Positions 1 to 13,175 of a stretch of 64,000 nt of DNA are shown here, in pieces. The stretch lies in the NCBI RefSeq assembly GCF_009914755.1, contig NC_060930.1; one strand, 5' to 3'. The notes below the pieces were generated by a model. That model was not told where the DNA came from, ran no database searches, and saw nothing but the letters and a program-made list of their open reading frames with translations. Position numbers and translations under genes: made by a program. This stretch comes from the human T2T-CHM13v2.0 reference genome, Homo sapiens. Positions within the stretch are counted from its first letter, which is position 1. Each line of letters starts with the position of its first letter.

Positions 1-2084
1 GTTTCACTTAAACTTTTTGACAGTGCAGTACAGTGGGAAATACAGCACCTTTGTTGATACTAGAGATAGTCATATTATCATGAATGGATAAGGAACATTT
101 TCCATACTTGACAGGACCACTTTCATTCATTTTCTCTCCTATTAAAGAAATCAGGAACAGTACAATACATTGATTAATATTCCACTACTGTCAATGGGAA
201 ATGATACATTCCAATTCATATTCAAAATAAAAATATTTTAAATTATCATTGCTTTACCTAAGATACTTAATTTTGGTTAACAACAGTCCTCTCATTGGAG
301 ATCAACTATGATTGTGCTTAAGATTGAACTTAAGAATTCATTAATACTGTTTATTACTCTCAATTTAGTTTCATGCTCTTGGACAAAGTTATTTATTTTA
401 AAATAATAATCCCCTAAACCACTTATTATCAGGAGTTATGAAAACAAATGGAGATATTTTAGGGTGTGCAAATCAAATGTATTTTCCTCTTAATTTTCAC
501 TAAGAGAAGGGATGAGTTTTTAAATATAATCTCAGGAAGAGCTCATGTTCCCTCTCCAAAAAGTATGCTTTTTCACAGACATTAAAAATTCAGAAACAGA
601 GTAAAATTAGAAAATCAAAGATTATTATGAATAAACATAATGCTCTTTCATAGTTTCTATTTTATTTTTCATTATAATTTATGGCATTATGAATTTTGTA
701 AAAGAATTTGGTCAGAATTTAAAAAAAAAAAAAAGGAACCTAGTGTAATCGCCAATTCTAACTTTAATGACCAATTTATTGGAAGTTAAGCAGGAGAGCC
801 ACAGGATGAATACATGTATAATTACAATAATTCTCAACCAGAATATCATGCCAGGGTGTGGTTCCAAAGCACACAGTTCAGTGCTGCTCATACTTGCCCC
901 CCAAATTTAGTTAGCACACATTTTTGCTTGAAGAAAGAACATCCTGTCAAAGTCTAGTTTAAGTCTGTAGTCACCAGTGATGACATGGAAGAAATTTAAA
1001 TTCTACTGCCTAAAGACCCTGGGGCATGGGAGAGGTTTATAAGTAAGGCCACATTCTGCTCTTACCCAAACATCCCATCAGCCTTGGATCCTGCTAAATT
1101 CAATAGCGACTAGAGACAAGACTGTGTACCTCAGAGTCATTTGAAGTGTCTGTAATTAAGAGGATTAGAAAAATTTGGAGATACTGTAAATATTAATATA
1201 CAGATGTATAAACAGCCTTGAGGTTGAAGTAATGGTATAAGTTGCAATTTTTGTCATGTTCATAGAGAAGAAACTGCTATCATTAATTTCTTTTCTATTC
1301 AACTTCAGTACATAGATTAGAGGAATGTCTTGTCTATGAATAAACAAAACTATTTATCAGACCCATATGAAAATAGTAATATAGCTAGGTTAGATAGATA
1401 GATAGATATCAACTTATTTCAACTACTGTTCAGAAGGTTGGGACAAGAATGTATGCTTAGTCTTTAGACCTGTGTCTTCTCCCATTTCTTGGTTTCTAGT
1501 AGTGAGGGGTGACAACCACAGTTAGAGCACAACCAGTGGAGACTACATTGGGGGCTGGATGAGGCCTAAGGCCTGCAGTTAACACTCTGGGTAATCAATT
1601 ACTCAATCCATTTCTGTGAGACTAAAAGACATACTGCCAATAACAAGACAACATGTTTTTTTTTTTTATTATAGAACAAAGGAAAGTAAAATAAAAGCCA
1701 AGTGCAACCAGCAATTCATTACCAATGTAGTTAACACTGATTAATATACAAAGGTCATTTGCAGTTGTGCTTTCAGTCCTCATGATCCATTTGCCTCCAG
1801 GTTAATATTGTCCTCTTGCTTACTATTGTTAGTGAGAATTATAAGCAGCAAGCTCTTTTGGGTCCGAGCTATTTTGTGTCTTATTAATAGCCATCTTCCT
1901 ACAGTAGAATAGTTTGATTCATCTCTCCCATGGAGCAAAACCTACTGCCTATTTCCATGCCCACCACCATCCTGGCTGTCTCTGTACAACACCCACTTTA
2001 CCTCTAAGTTTAACGTAAGCCCCAATTTCCTGTAATTAAGAGAAGGATTACTTCTAATAATAGAAAAGGCCTACCTTTTCTATT

Positions 2085-2470
2085 ATAGTGGTTATTAGGT
2101 CTGTTCACAAATACTCCAATTTGCCTCTCCTTACAGAAACATGGTAGAATTGCATTTTACTAGTAATTTTCAATTAAGTGTGGTCATCTAACTTGCCTTG
2201 GGCAAAGAAATGTTGAAGAGAAATGTCATGTGCCATTTCCATGTGGAAGCTTTAAGAGTCAGTGCATGCTTTGTCACAATCACTTTTTCCTGCTTCAGAG
2301 ATCATGAAAATAAGAGCTAATATCAAATGTATGTCAGCAGCATCTTTGAATAATCACAAAGAGCAGGGCCTTCTTTCAAATCTGCAGTGGACATGAAGCA
2401 TTAGACCACTGAAAATTTGAGCTTGTTTATTACTACAGCATAAATTAGCTTATTCTGACTCACTTTATAC
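2085..2470 (+). mobile_element. MaLR solo LTR, MLT1I/J-like (old, degenerate)
   Basis: Contains MLT1-type motifs 'ggaagctttaagagtcagtgcatgctttgtcac' and the 3' end 'gtttattactacagcataaattagcttattctgact'. Confidence 0.55.
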
Positions 2471-2763
2471 TTAGAACTTGGCAATTTTCTATTCAACTTG
2501 ACTGTTTCACCAGCTAAAACTGGTGAATGATTTGAAAGTTGAGTTTTGAAAGCTTATTCTTATTTTAATCCAGAATACTTCCATTATATAATCATGGGAA
2601 ACAAATTTTTAAAATTGATCTTTATTTTTGCATGATGGAAAATCTCTTTTTTGACTTTCTTTATAATTTGTCCCCTACATTGCAAAGTCCAATTGTCTAG
2701 AAAATATAAATGATATCTCCACAGAAATTATATGTTTATAACCCTTAGTCAAAATGGCAATTA

Positions 2764-2911
2764 AGCTGGGCACAGTGGTACATGCCAGTAGTTCCAGCTA
2801 CTCAGGAAGCTGAGGTGGGAGGATTGCTTGAACCCAGCAATATAAACTGCTCAGGCAGTTTGAGTCTAGTATAGGCAATATAGTGAGACTCTGTCTCTGA
2901 AACAACAACAA
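2764..2911 (+). mobile_element. FLAM (free left Alu monomer)
   Basis: agctgggcacagtggtacatgccagtagttccagctactcaggaagctgaggtgggaggattgcttgaacccag...gagactctgtctc followed by an A-rich tail. Confidence 0.85.
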
Positions 2912-2933
2912 CCATATATCTAGATAATTGTTG

Positions 2934-2934
<1 letters not shown>

Positions 2935-2969
<35 letters not shown>

Positions 2970-2970
2970 A
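2935..2970. repeat. (TA)n(TG)n microsatellite
   Basis: Directly visible dinucleotide run. Confidence 0.95.
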
Positions 2971-5900
2971 TTTGTTGCTAAGTATATATAAAGTTATTTG
3001 ATTATATATTTGTAAATTTAATTATAATTAACTAATTGTTACATTATGTTATATAATATAATTGTAAGTTATAAACATATAACTTCTGCAAAGATATTTA
3101 TATATTTATTATATATTTATATTTATATTAAATTTATATTATTTAGACAATTGGACCTTGAAATGCAGGTGGTAAATTATAAAGTCAAAAAAGGTTTTCC
3201 ATCATGCCAAAAAAAATCCATTTAAAACATTTGTTTCCTGTTTTATATATATACACCAATTAAAATTATTTTGAACACCAAGTGTTTAAGCAAAACTATA
3301 TAAAAGCAGATAAAATGGTCTCTGACTTATCCTACTTTTGTCTTTAAGCTGTTATATTAGCTTAAACTGTATATCATGTTACTTAAAAAAAATCGAAAAT
3401 CTGTGTAGATCTGAAATATATTTTTTACCATTTTAAAGGTTTAAGTTTTTCTTGTTAAATGGCTGGCTGAGCCTGGTTATAAAGCAGGACAATATAAGGT
3501 ACAGCTATTGCCATGAGAACTCTAAACCAGTATATGAGCTCAGTTTTAATCATTTTAATTTTTCCTTTTTATTTTTCCTTTTTATTTCATATTTTTCACT
3601 GAAATTGGAAATTCTTTTCTGTCTTTATAGTATCTTATCCAAGACTCAAGGAAGAGCTTAAAGTTGTAAATTAGAGAAAGTTTGGCTTTTGCTATCTCTG
3701 AGTTATTTCTTTGTCCTCTGCTCTATTCCCTGTCAACACCTCTCCTTTCCTCCGCTGTTTTCACACATATAAACACAGTCACAGATTCAACTCAGGTCTA
3801 ATGCCAGTAAATTACATCTTTGCACAAATTGAAGTCACTAGTTTTCCTTTTCTTAAGAATCCATGTATTTTAAACTGTCTGTGATAATAGAAGAGCCCTT
3901 GTATATCCTTTGAAAAACATTTCATACATCGGATGGGAGAGGGGCTTTGGGGAACAAGAGCTGCTTTCTAGCACCTCTCAAATCACGTCGTTTGGTGGAA
4001 ACTTTTCAGTCAACAGATGAGAGCATCTTGGCTTTGAAGTTTAGACAAAGCAAGAGAGGGACTCAGGCCACTCACTTGCATAAATACTTTTATTTGTATT
4101 CAACTGTGTTTCAACTGACTTTCTAACCTTTTAGAAAATAGCATTTTGGATTCTTTGCACCACACAGTAGCTCCGTGTGAAATTTATATTAATTTAAAAA
4201 GAAATTCCCTCTGGCTTTACATGACTGAACATTTGATTAAAATTAGAGAAACAGAGTTACTAGGCAAGTCATTCTAGCTCCGTATGGAACATCTGCTGAA
4301 GTAAGCCTTCAGAAGTCAGACAGAATTGAAATGTCATCCTCTGGGGGAAATATATATAACACAAAATTAAATGATGAACATGAATGGGAGAGTTCATAAG
4401 GTGTGGACTGTGTGTAAGCTGATTAGTTACTGGCTTAAATGTTGGGGCTTCAGGAAACAGTAAAAGAGGGGTTTGTGGATTTGTTTCTTGTTTGTATTAT
4501 TAGCCTCATAGAGTGTAGTACTGTAGTACTGCACCCAAATCTAGGTGCAGTAAAATTGCAGGTAACATAAAGGTTTTAAAAAAACAATGGTTCACTATAA
4601 TTCAATTTTAAAATATATTTAAATGTTAAAATATTATATACATTTAAAAACTCAAAAGAGTAAAAAATTATTATATTAAGAAAACATCAGTACACAAGCC
4701 AAAATTTTTAGAATTCAGGAAAAAAAGTGATTTGGCTTAATGTAACATTAAAGAACTAAGGCTTTTAAGGAAGTTGTAGTTAGAGATATTGGGAAATTAA
4801 AACATATGAAATGTTCTTGCTAAATTTTTAACATCTATTAAAGACATAACTGACAGTGACAATTTCACCAAAAATTATCTCCAAAGAGATATGTTACTAT
4901 ATTACTTAGCCAACTAAGCTAAAATTTTTTTCAGAGTTAAACAAGTGGCATATTAAACCCACTGAAACAATAAGATGAATAATTGTTGGTACTTTCTTGC
5001 TTTGACAAAAAAATATTACTGATATCATTTTGGGCTGATGCAGTATTTACATCAACCAACGTTCTTTATAGCTGAATAAATAATAGGTAGACGATAAGTC
5101 AAATCAATATTATTGATTATTTCTTCCTCTATTATGATTAATTAGCCAATTGCCATCAGCATAATAAAGTTTTATGTTAATATTTTATTGCTCATTTCTC
5201 AAAATAACCATGGGTATTAAGTTTTATATATTCAAAATTATTTAAATAATAGATTTGGCAATTGTTTGACATGCTTTACTACTGTAATATTCTTATTGAA
5301 CAAAATGGTTCAGTCCACTTAAATATTGTCTATAGAATCAAAATTCTAATGCTTGGTACTTGAGAGTGAAATAGAAAAGTAGAACATGAAAGACTGAGGT
5401 GCAGTATAGCAAAGTGGTATTAAAGAGAAATGAATTTTGAAGAATTTATGTTTCATCTGTGCTGCATTGGTACCATTTGTTGAAATTCATACAGCTTGTT
5501 ACTTTCAGCAAGAAATATAGCATAAGATTTAAGAGATTATAAAAATGTTAGCAACTCATTGGTTAATAGAAATATGTTTTCATAAATGGCTACATCAGAA
5601 AGATTTTATTTCAAATGTATGCTTTAATAAAATATACTCATACATATTCATGTGGAAATTATGTGTATGACTCACAGGACTTCTCAGTGATTTGTGAAAG
5701 AATTAAAATTAGCCTGTGGGAGAGGGCAGGTGTCTCTTCTGTTGCTGCTCCGTAGAAAACCATGGTACTCAAATGATTAGGTAAAATTTAGTTACCACGT
5801 TTAGTCCTTAAGGATTAAACTTTAGGACTCTGATGTTATTTACTAGTATTAATGTTCCACTAACATTTTAGAATACATTTCTTAATCTAGGTTAGGTTAA

Positions 5901-7807
5901 TTGGGGTCCAGGAAAAGAATAGGAAAATTAAAACTTCAGTCTATGCACTATTGAAGTGGAGTCAAAATGTTGTATTAAGGTTAGGGGATAGTTTTGAAAA
6001 GGAAATGTGTATTAAGAAAACAATATAGAGAATTAAGCCTATCCATGTAAGATCATTGAAGGAAAACACCCCAAAGAATCAGAGGCAGAATAATGTTGAA
6101 GCCATAGTTCTAGCCCACATGAGTAATACACTGTGCTCGTGCACTACTCTGGGTATTGGAATTTGAAATTGAGGTTAGATAGGAGATTGGCTCTCCAAGA
6201 GCTCGTAGAATAAAGAAATGGAAAAGCATTAAAGAATTGCAAAGTACTGTATATGAGTTTGTGTTTTGGCTTCTAAATAATATTGAAAGGTGAAGATTTC
6301 TTTAGCATAGAACATTCTACAAAATAACTTGTGTAGTTATTAGGGATCAGATGTAATAAGCAATTATAATTAAGATATATCTCACATTATTTCTATCAGT
6401 TTGAGTTAAAGTATAGTTCACTTAGAACTTGTAACTGTGTTATAAAGTGTTGCTCTTTATTTTTATAAAATAGAAAGCAGATACAGTCTGGAAAACAAAG
6501 TTATTAACTTTTGACTTGGTTGATTCTCTAATGTAGTTAATGAGCCAATAAATTTATGTATATGTTAGAGAAGGTTCTAAAATAAGTTTTTTTGTAGACT
6601 TACTCAAAATCAGTGAGCATGCCTTAATAAGCAGTTATTTGAATAGATATAAAACAAACAAAATAAAATGTAAAAATTGACAATTTTGTCATTTACCCAA
6701 GCTGTTTAGCAGTATGAGTTAAATGTTTTATGTTTTACAATATTTCTATTTATTTTAGTGCAAAATGACTCATTGCCATTAAGTTTTTGTGGCAAAATAA
6801 TACATTATAATAATGTATTCTTATATAAAATTTTATCTGGTTGCAAGCATGTCTTCTTTTCTCAACTAAGGATTTTTGGAGAATATACCACTCAATCTAA
6901 ATCACTGTTTTAGGTACTGTATTTGAAATTGGCGAAATCTTTACCTTATCATTCATAAGGTTATTATTCATATGCATGCCAAGCTAAGTTTTATTTGGAG
7001 TTTAAAATAAGATACAAAATATATAAGCTTATGGTAATGCTGCCCGTTTAGATACTGCCTGATAATGCAGTACATGTGTCCACATTTGTATACTGGAAAA
7101 GTTATCATCCTGAGACATGTTAGTGGAGCGAAATGAGAACCAAGGTTGTACCACTCTCCTTATGTAGCAAAGCCAACTGGTAAAAGAGCATGCAACTAAA
7201 GGATTTATTGCATGTATTGACATGATTGGAGTCAACAAGAATACCATATTTGTGGTACCCAAAATACTCTCAAATATTTGGGTTAGATTTACATGTTTAC
7301 ATATTTATACAAAACGATAACTAAATTTTTCTTCCCTATTTTTCTCCCTTTACCTTGTGCCCCATATGTCTCTTAGGACTGACCTGCCTAAAACCATATG
7401 AAGCCTGTACTTCTGATTCTTTGTAATATAATATAATATGGAGAATTAGATGCTTTGTGTTACAAGTCACTAGTGATTTTGTTTTAAATGGACCTGATTT
7501 TACTCTCTTTTCAAAAGATGCCATTCTGGATTTTGTGACCATTTTTGTCAAAATGAACTTTTGTTTTGTTCTTTATCTCCTGGCTTTTCTATTTATTGCG
7601 ACCTAATTCATTCTTTTTTATTTCATATTTACTTTGACTTGCTTCCTGTTTTTTATTCTATGAGCAGGTAAAAAGCTCAGAGGAGTTTGTGCCTTTTCTT
7701 AATATTATGTGGGTTTTCTCCTCTACATCTTACCTTACTCCCCATTTTCATGGACTTAACTTTACCCTTTGTTACAAACTATTCTAGATATTTTCCCCCT
7801 CCAATGA

Positions 7808-8316
7808 TGTATACTTATTTGTTGCTGCATAACAAATTTTCCCTAAAATGATCAAGTTAAAACAACAATAAATGGGTATCTCACAGAATTTCCATGGATC
7901 AGGAATTTGGGAACAGCTTAGCTGGGTGTTCTGGTAATTTCAGCTGGTAATCTCTCATGAGTTCCAGGCAAGATGTTAGCAAAGGCTTGACTGAAGCTGC
8001 AGGATTCACCTACAATTAGCTTACTCATGTTCCTGGCAAATTAGTGCTGGTTATTGACAGGAGGCTTCAGTTCCTTTATATGTGTTTCTCTTCAGAGGGC
8101 TGTTTGAGTTACTCATCATACAGCAGCTCATTTCCTTCAAAGTAAATGAACCAAAAGAGAGTAAGAGAGAAAGTGCAACGTCTTCTATTACCTAGCCTTC
8201 AAAAGTCAAACTATTAGTTATCCAGGTCAGCCTTATTCTATGTAGGAGAGAACCACACAGTGTGAATATGAGTAGGCAAGAATCATTCAGGGACATCTTG
8301 GAGGCTAGTCACCACA
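7808..8316 (-). mobile_element. MaLR solo LTR, MLT1H-like
   Basis: Starts tgtatacttatttgttgctgcataacaaatt, contains ggatcaggaatttgggaacagcttagctggg, ends ggacatcttggaggctagtcaccaca. This is a reverse-complement MLT1 layout with TG..CA ends. Confidence 0.7.
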
Positions 8317-9509
8317 AGTTTATGCAACAGATGACTTCCCATCTCAATTCTAATCATTCGAAATTTCTCAGTTGGATAATTTTTATTAAACACTCACCAT
8401 CATTTACATATCTAAATTTATCACCCTATGAAACCAGTCCATGTTTGCCTTTTATTATCTTGCTTGACTGAAACTTCATATTAGACTCACAGAACTTTAG
8501 ATGCTCAATGCACAGCTTTTTTTTACAGACAAGAGGGGAAACTCACATGTGCATACCCTGTAGCACAATTTTTGTTACCTTTTCCTGTCAGTGTCAATAT
8601 CAACTTGTTCCGATTATTTTCCTTGTTGCTGCTCAGCTTCTCTTTTCTTGGACACTACCTTTTTATCTAGGCTGTCCTAGATAAAAGTTATTTTATCTAG
8701 GTTATTTCTAACGTTATCTTCAACTAAAGTTAAGACTTAAAGAGAAAAAATAAAAAGAATTGCTTATTTATTTTTAAAAAGTACTGTCAGCAGTCTATGA
8801 CATGGGACTGAATTTACCGTGGAAAATGTTGACTATAGGAGGATACCGAAGCATGAGTATAGCTTTTGCCCTTTTACTATGCAGAATATTTCCCAAGCAT
8901 TGGATTCCTCAATCCTTATATTTTGGCCTTAAACTGATGATTATTTAACAGAAGAAAACCATTTTTCTTGGAACGGTTTTGCACAGTTAGAAATATAATG
9001 TGTTCTCCTTCTCCCCCTAAGCTTTAAACAGTACTCACTGATAGATACAGAATGTCAGGCCAGATTAACTACTGATTTTTTAGGCTTAATAGCTCTTTTA
9101 TTTTCATGGTAATTATCATTGGTTGGACATTAGTGTAGATAATGTACACATGAAGTTTCAAACTAACTATAGGGCCAAATTAGCTTCTGTGTCCCTCTAA
9201 GTGAGAGAGAACAAAAAAAGTCAAATGAAAAATATATGAATATAATAGCCTATAGAACCCCATGACCTTTATTAAAGGACCTGAAATTTTATAGGAGGTA
9301 CTTTATGGGTGATTGGATGCAGTCTTCTAAATAAAACATGATGTAGAAAATTGATATAAAAAAACATGACACTAGATATAGAGGGAGAGATCTATTAGAA
9401 GAAAAAATGTATTAAAATTGAAAGGTATATGTTTGATTAAGAGAAGCAGAAACAAAACATTTAAGAATATGAAATTAAAATGAAATGAGATGATGAACAT
9501 TTGTTAATA

Positions 9510-9772
9510 GCCCTGGGTGCGGCAGTGCAACCTGTAATCTCAGAGCTTTGAGAGGCCAAGGTGGGAGGCTCTCTTGAAGACCAGTCAGGGTAATGTATTG
9601 AGGCTTAATCTCTATAAAAAATAAAGAAAATTAGCCAGGAGTGGTGGTACATGCCTGTAGTCCCAGCTATGGGAGGATCACTTGAACCTAGAAGGTCAAG
9701 GCTACAGTGAGCTATGATTATACCACTGCACTCTGGGCTAGGTAATAGACCAAGACCCTGTTTCAAAAAAAA
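9510..9772 (+). mobile_element. AluJ-type SINE, degenerate with internal deletions
   Basis: Dimeric Alu with an A-rich linker, J-type 'ggtcaaggctacagtgagctatgat' and 'agaccctgt', and an A tail. Confidence 0.85.
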
Positions 9773-10019
9773 GCTTATTAATAAAATATGGAAACAAGTT
9801 ATAAAATGCCAATAGCATGACTACCTAAAACAAATGCTTAAAACACTTGCAAAGCACCTTGCATATAGAGGACAACAATTATTTATTGAATGAATAAATT
9901 AATACCTAAACTGTTCTACCCTAAGATGCACTTGAAATCACCATTTCTGGGAACCCTTGAAAATAATAAATGAATAAATGCTCAATTTGTTGAATTTCTA
10001 CAATGTATCTTCAAATATG

Positions 10020-10210
10020 CTAGATATATTACATGCATTATCCCTACAGTAATCATATCAGGTAATGTTTTTTACTCCATTTGACAGATGCACAAACTGA
10101 GGTTCAGAGATTGAATGTAACTTGCTCAATATTACACAAATAAGAAATGAAAAAGGATTTCAGCCTAGTCTGGCTGACTCCAAAGCCTAAGCTCTTAACA
10201 TTTCTGCTAC
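10020..10210 (-). mobile_element. MIR SINE
   Basis: MIR core 'ccatttgacagatgcacaaactgaggttcagaga...aacttgctcaa...tctggctgactccaaagcc'. Confidence 0.75.
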
Positions 10211-10249
10211 GTGCACCTCTACATTCAAGAAGAAAGAAAATATAATAGT

Positions 10250-11830
10250 TAAATTTAAACTTAAAGCTCATAGACAATATTCACTAACTTGTAAGACATT
10301 TCATGAGCATGAAATACAGAAGCAAATAATCTATGGTCTTGAATGGTACCAGAGTCAGGCTGAAACAGATGATTATATTTTCAAGTAAATGAGTTATGAT
10401 TTGACAAAAGGAAACCCTAGGATGGCTTGGAAGCACAGAGTAAGGCCACCTATCCCTGTCTCGGTAGGTTTTTTGGGTATGAATTCTGAGCTAAACATTA
10501 AACAGTGTATAAGAGTGAAATCAGTGAAGTCAGAAGTGGGTTTTAAGAGGAGGGAGTAAGCTTTGTAAGGTTTATTGCAGTCAGGGTGCAGGGAAGAAGC
10601 CCAGATATAGGCTAGGGGAGATAATAGACCAAAAGGGGTCTCGTTGCTGAATTAGGGTTTTTTTTCCCCTGAGGCAGTGATAAGCTACTGAAGGATTTTA
10701 CACAGGAGTCATGTTTTCTTTTGAGAATGACTCTTCTGTCTATAGTGCCATAAATGAAGATAGAACACTACTGCAACATTCTAGGCAGTGTAGCATGATG
10801 ATACCTAGACCCGTGGTATCCGAAGTATGGGGTATATATTCCTGGGATACGTAAGAGCGGCTAATGGGCCAGACAACAAAAGAAACATTAGAACTTCTAT
10901 TTATTTTTATTTTATTTCAACCATGTTTTTAGTTTTGCATATTTTTATAACATATAAATGTATACACATATAATAATGTTTTGAAATAAAATGTTTGGAG
11001 TACACTGTTTTAAAGGAGATGGTCAAATATAAGTAATGTGTTAGATTTTTGTAGGATTTTGTAGGATTTTATTAAGAGTTAGATAAACGGATGTAAGGTA
11101 GTGGGTAATACAGGTAAGAGAGAATATACAACAAGAGAAACATAAAATGAGTAATTTAATTTTATGATGAATTCGTGGTACTATATTTTAAGTAAAAATG
11201 CTTAAAAGATGGATCAATCTACTGGCACTAAAGCAAAATGATATATTAGCTAGTGCCATAAGTTTTGGAGTCAATGTGATATAGAGGTCGATTGAAACCA
11301 TGTAAGTGAATGAAATCAGCAAAGAAGTCTAGGGAAGGTGAATAAAAATGATAACCTGGCCCAGAACCCCAGGAACACTGACACTTAGAATGAGCACTGG
11401 AAAGGCAGAGGAGGAGAATGAAATAGAAGGGCCACAGAGGAAGAATGAAAACTGAGGCAGAGAGTGGTTTAATGGAAACTGAAGAGTATTGATGTTGAAC
11501 AAATATTGATGTACAATTCTGCTGAGAGGCTAAGTAGGAGAAGAGCTAAAATATATTTTGTGTTTAGAACATATAGTGATTGGCAACCTTTCTTTTCAAG
11601 AAGCAGCTTCAGTGACATTGTGGGAATGAACAACATCATGGGAATTCTAAGGGTGGAATAGTGAATGACAAGTGAGGAAGTGAGGATTAGGAATGATTTC
11701 AACAATTTTGGCTGTGAATGTGGATGAGAAGCCTGGAGTAGGATGAACTATTTAAAATATTAAAATAGGGAAGAAACTTACACGTTTAAATGATGCTGAT
11801 GAAAAATCACTGACAGTAGCAAAGCAGAGG
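10250..11830 (-). mobile_element. L2 LINE fragments (degenerate)
   Basis: Purine-rich L2-like stretches such as 'gaattctgagctaaac', 'agaaccccaggaacactgacactta' and 'atgctgatgaaaaatca'. Confidence 0.45.
10811..11010 (+). mobile_element. Possible hAT-Charlie non-autonomous element (MER113-like) inside L2
   Basis: 'ccgtggtatccgaagtatggggtatatattcctgggatacg...aacattagaacttctatttattttt' resembles my recollection of MER113. Confidence 0.35.
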
Positions 11831-12939
11831 ATACAGGGATCTGTGATTTCTTTCCTGTCTTTATCAATATCTATCTTGTTCCTTATCACAGCTCTGAACA
11901 AAGGAACTGAGAGGCTAAGTTTTCCCAAAACACAGTCGTAATCATTTGTGAATTGAACTTACAGGGAGGAATAGAATGAGCAGTACTTTCAGTACCCCAT
12001 GACGATAAGAGTGAAAAACAACCAGAAATACATAGAGGCAAAGAGATCAAAATAGGCCTGCATTTTTTAAAAAAGAAACTATCCCGCAATGGATTCCTAC
12101 AGAGGCTCCCAGTTCTCTTCCCCAAGGGTAGCATCCGCTTCTTGCGAAATCAGCTAATTTTAATGAGTAGAACTGAAGATGCTGAACATTGTCTTATCCA
12201 TTAAATGTGACTTGGGCATGGGGTGGAATTTGGGGCACTGCTACCTCAGGTTGGGTTAGGAGTTTGAGAGTGGTAGGAGCTGACAACAGGAAAATAACTG
12301 CTATTGATCAGAAAATCTTACCTCTAGCCCATTTTGCATATTTCCTAATTTATTGAGGACTTGATGACATATTTTCCTTTTGTCTTATCCCATTTTACTC
12401 TGAGAAATAGATTTAATAGAATTTTCTAAAATTATCCTATTTTTTTTATATGCTGCCTCTTTTTCTGAATCTAGGTTTAATTCCTTAACATTTTCCATTG
12501 CCTTATTCATGTTTTTTTGTTTGTTTGTTTTTGGTACAGCATTTGTAACACCTTAGCCAACTAATCAGTTCATAGTACTATTTTTCCTAGCTAGTATGTG
12601 AACATTACATGAGAAGATGTCATAGTCAGTTGTACTATCCTTGGGCATAGCATATATTCTGACAACTCTTCTAAGCATAATATTTTGAAATGAGTGAGTG
12701 AATGAATGAATAATGCATCATGGGAACAATTTTCCTGTTTCTCTAAAATAGGTACTTTTTATGGATTATTTTTATAGATATAATGTAATTTAAATCCAAA
12801 ATACAACTGAAGTCCCATTCATGCCAATAAGAAAGAGTAAAAAGCAATCAGAAACACATAAAGGTGAAGAGGTCAAAACAGGCCTGTACATAAAAAAAAG
12901 AAACTATCTAATTTTATAAGTCCCATTGTATTTGAGACT

Positions 12940-13095
12940 TAAACTTTGAGGACATTATGCTTTGAATTCTCACAAGCATATATGTTAGTGATAATCAGCT
13001 CCATTTTATGGGTGAGAAAACTAAGGCTAGAGAGATTAAGTAAATTGCTCAAAATTTCTCAACCAATAAGTAGCAGAGTTAGGACTGAATAAGAG
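12940..13095 (-). mobile_element. MIR SINE
   Basis: 'ccattttatgggtgagaaaactaaggctagagagattaagtaaattgctcaa'. Confidence 0.7.
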
Positions 13096-13175
13096 ATGTA
13101 AAAGATGACAATATGGCAGTTTTTGTTTTCTGGACCCTGATGTATAAGTTTTCAGCTCTTATTTGCTAATATTTT

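Larger units (their letters stand above)
2597..3238. repeat. Imperfect inverted repeat, arms about 2597-2742 and 3068-3238
   Basis: The left arm ggaaacaaat...gcatgatggaaaa...ttttttgacttt...gtccaattgtcta...attatatgtttataac aligns to the reverse complement of the right arm (roughly 80% by eye). The right arm has an AT expansion at about 3100-3142. Confidence 0.9.

Noticed and set aside
4514-4552. 9-bp stem hairpin with an 8-bp tandem duplication
   Set aside because: Too short to exceed chance expectation in 64 kb.
7029-7262. Possible exon or ORF in a locally GC-richer patch
   Set aside because: All plus-strand frames are closed, there is no convincing splice-site pair, and I see no homology I recognise.
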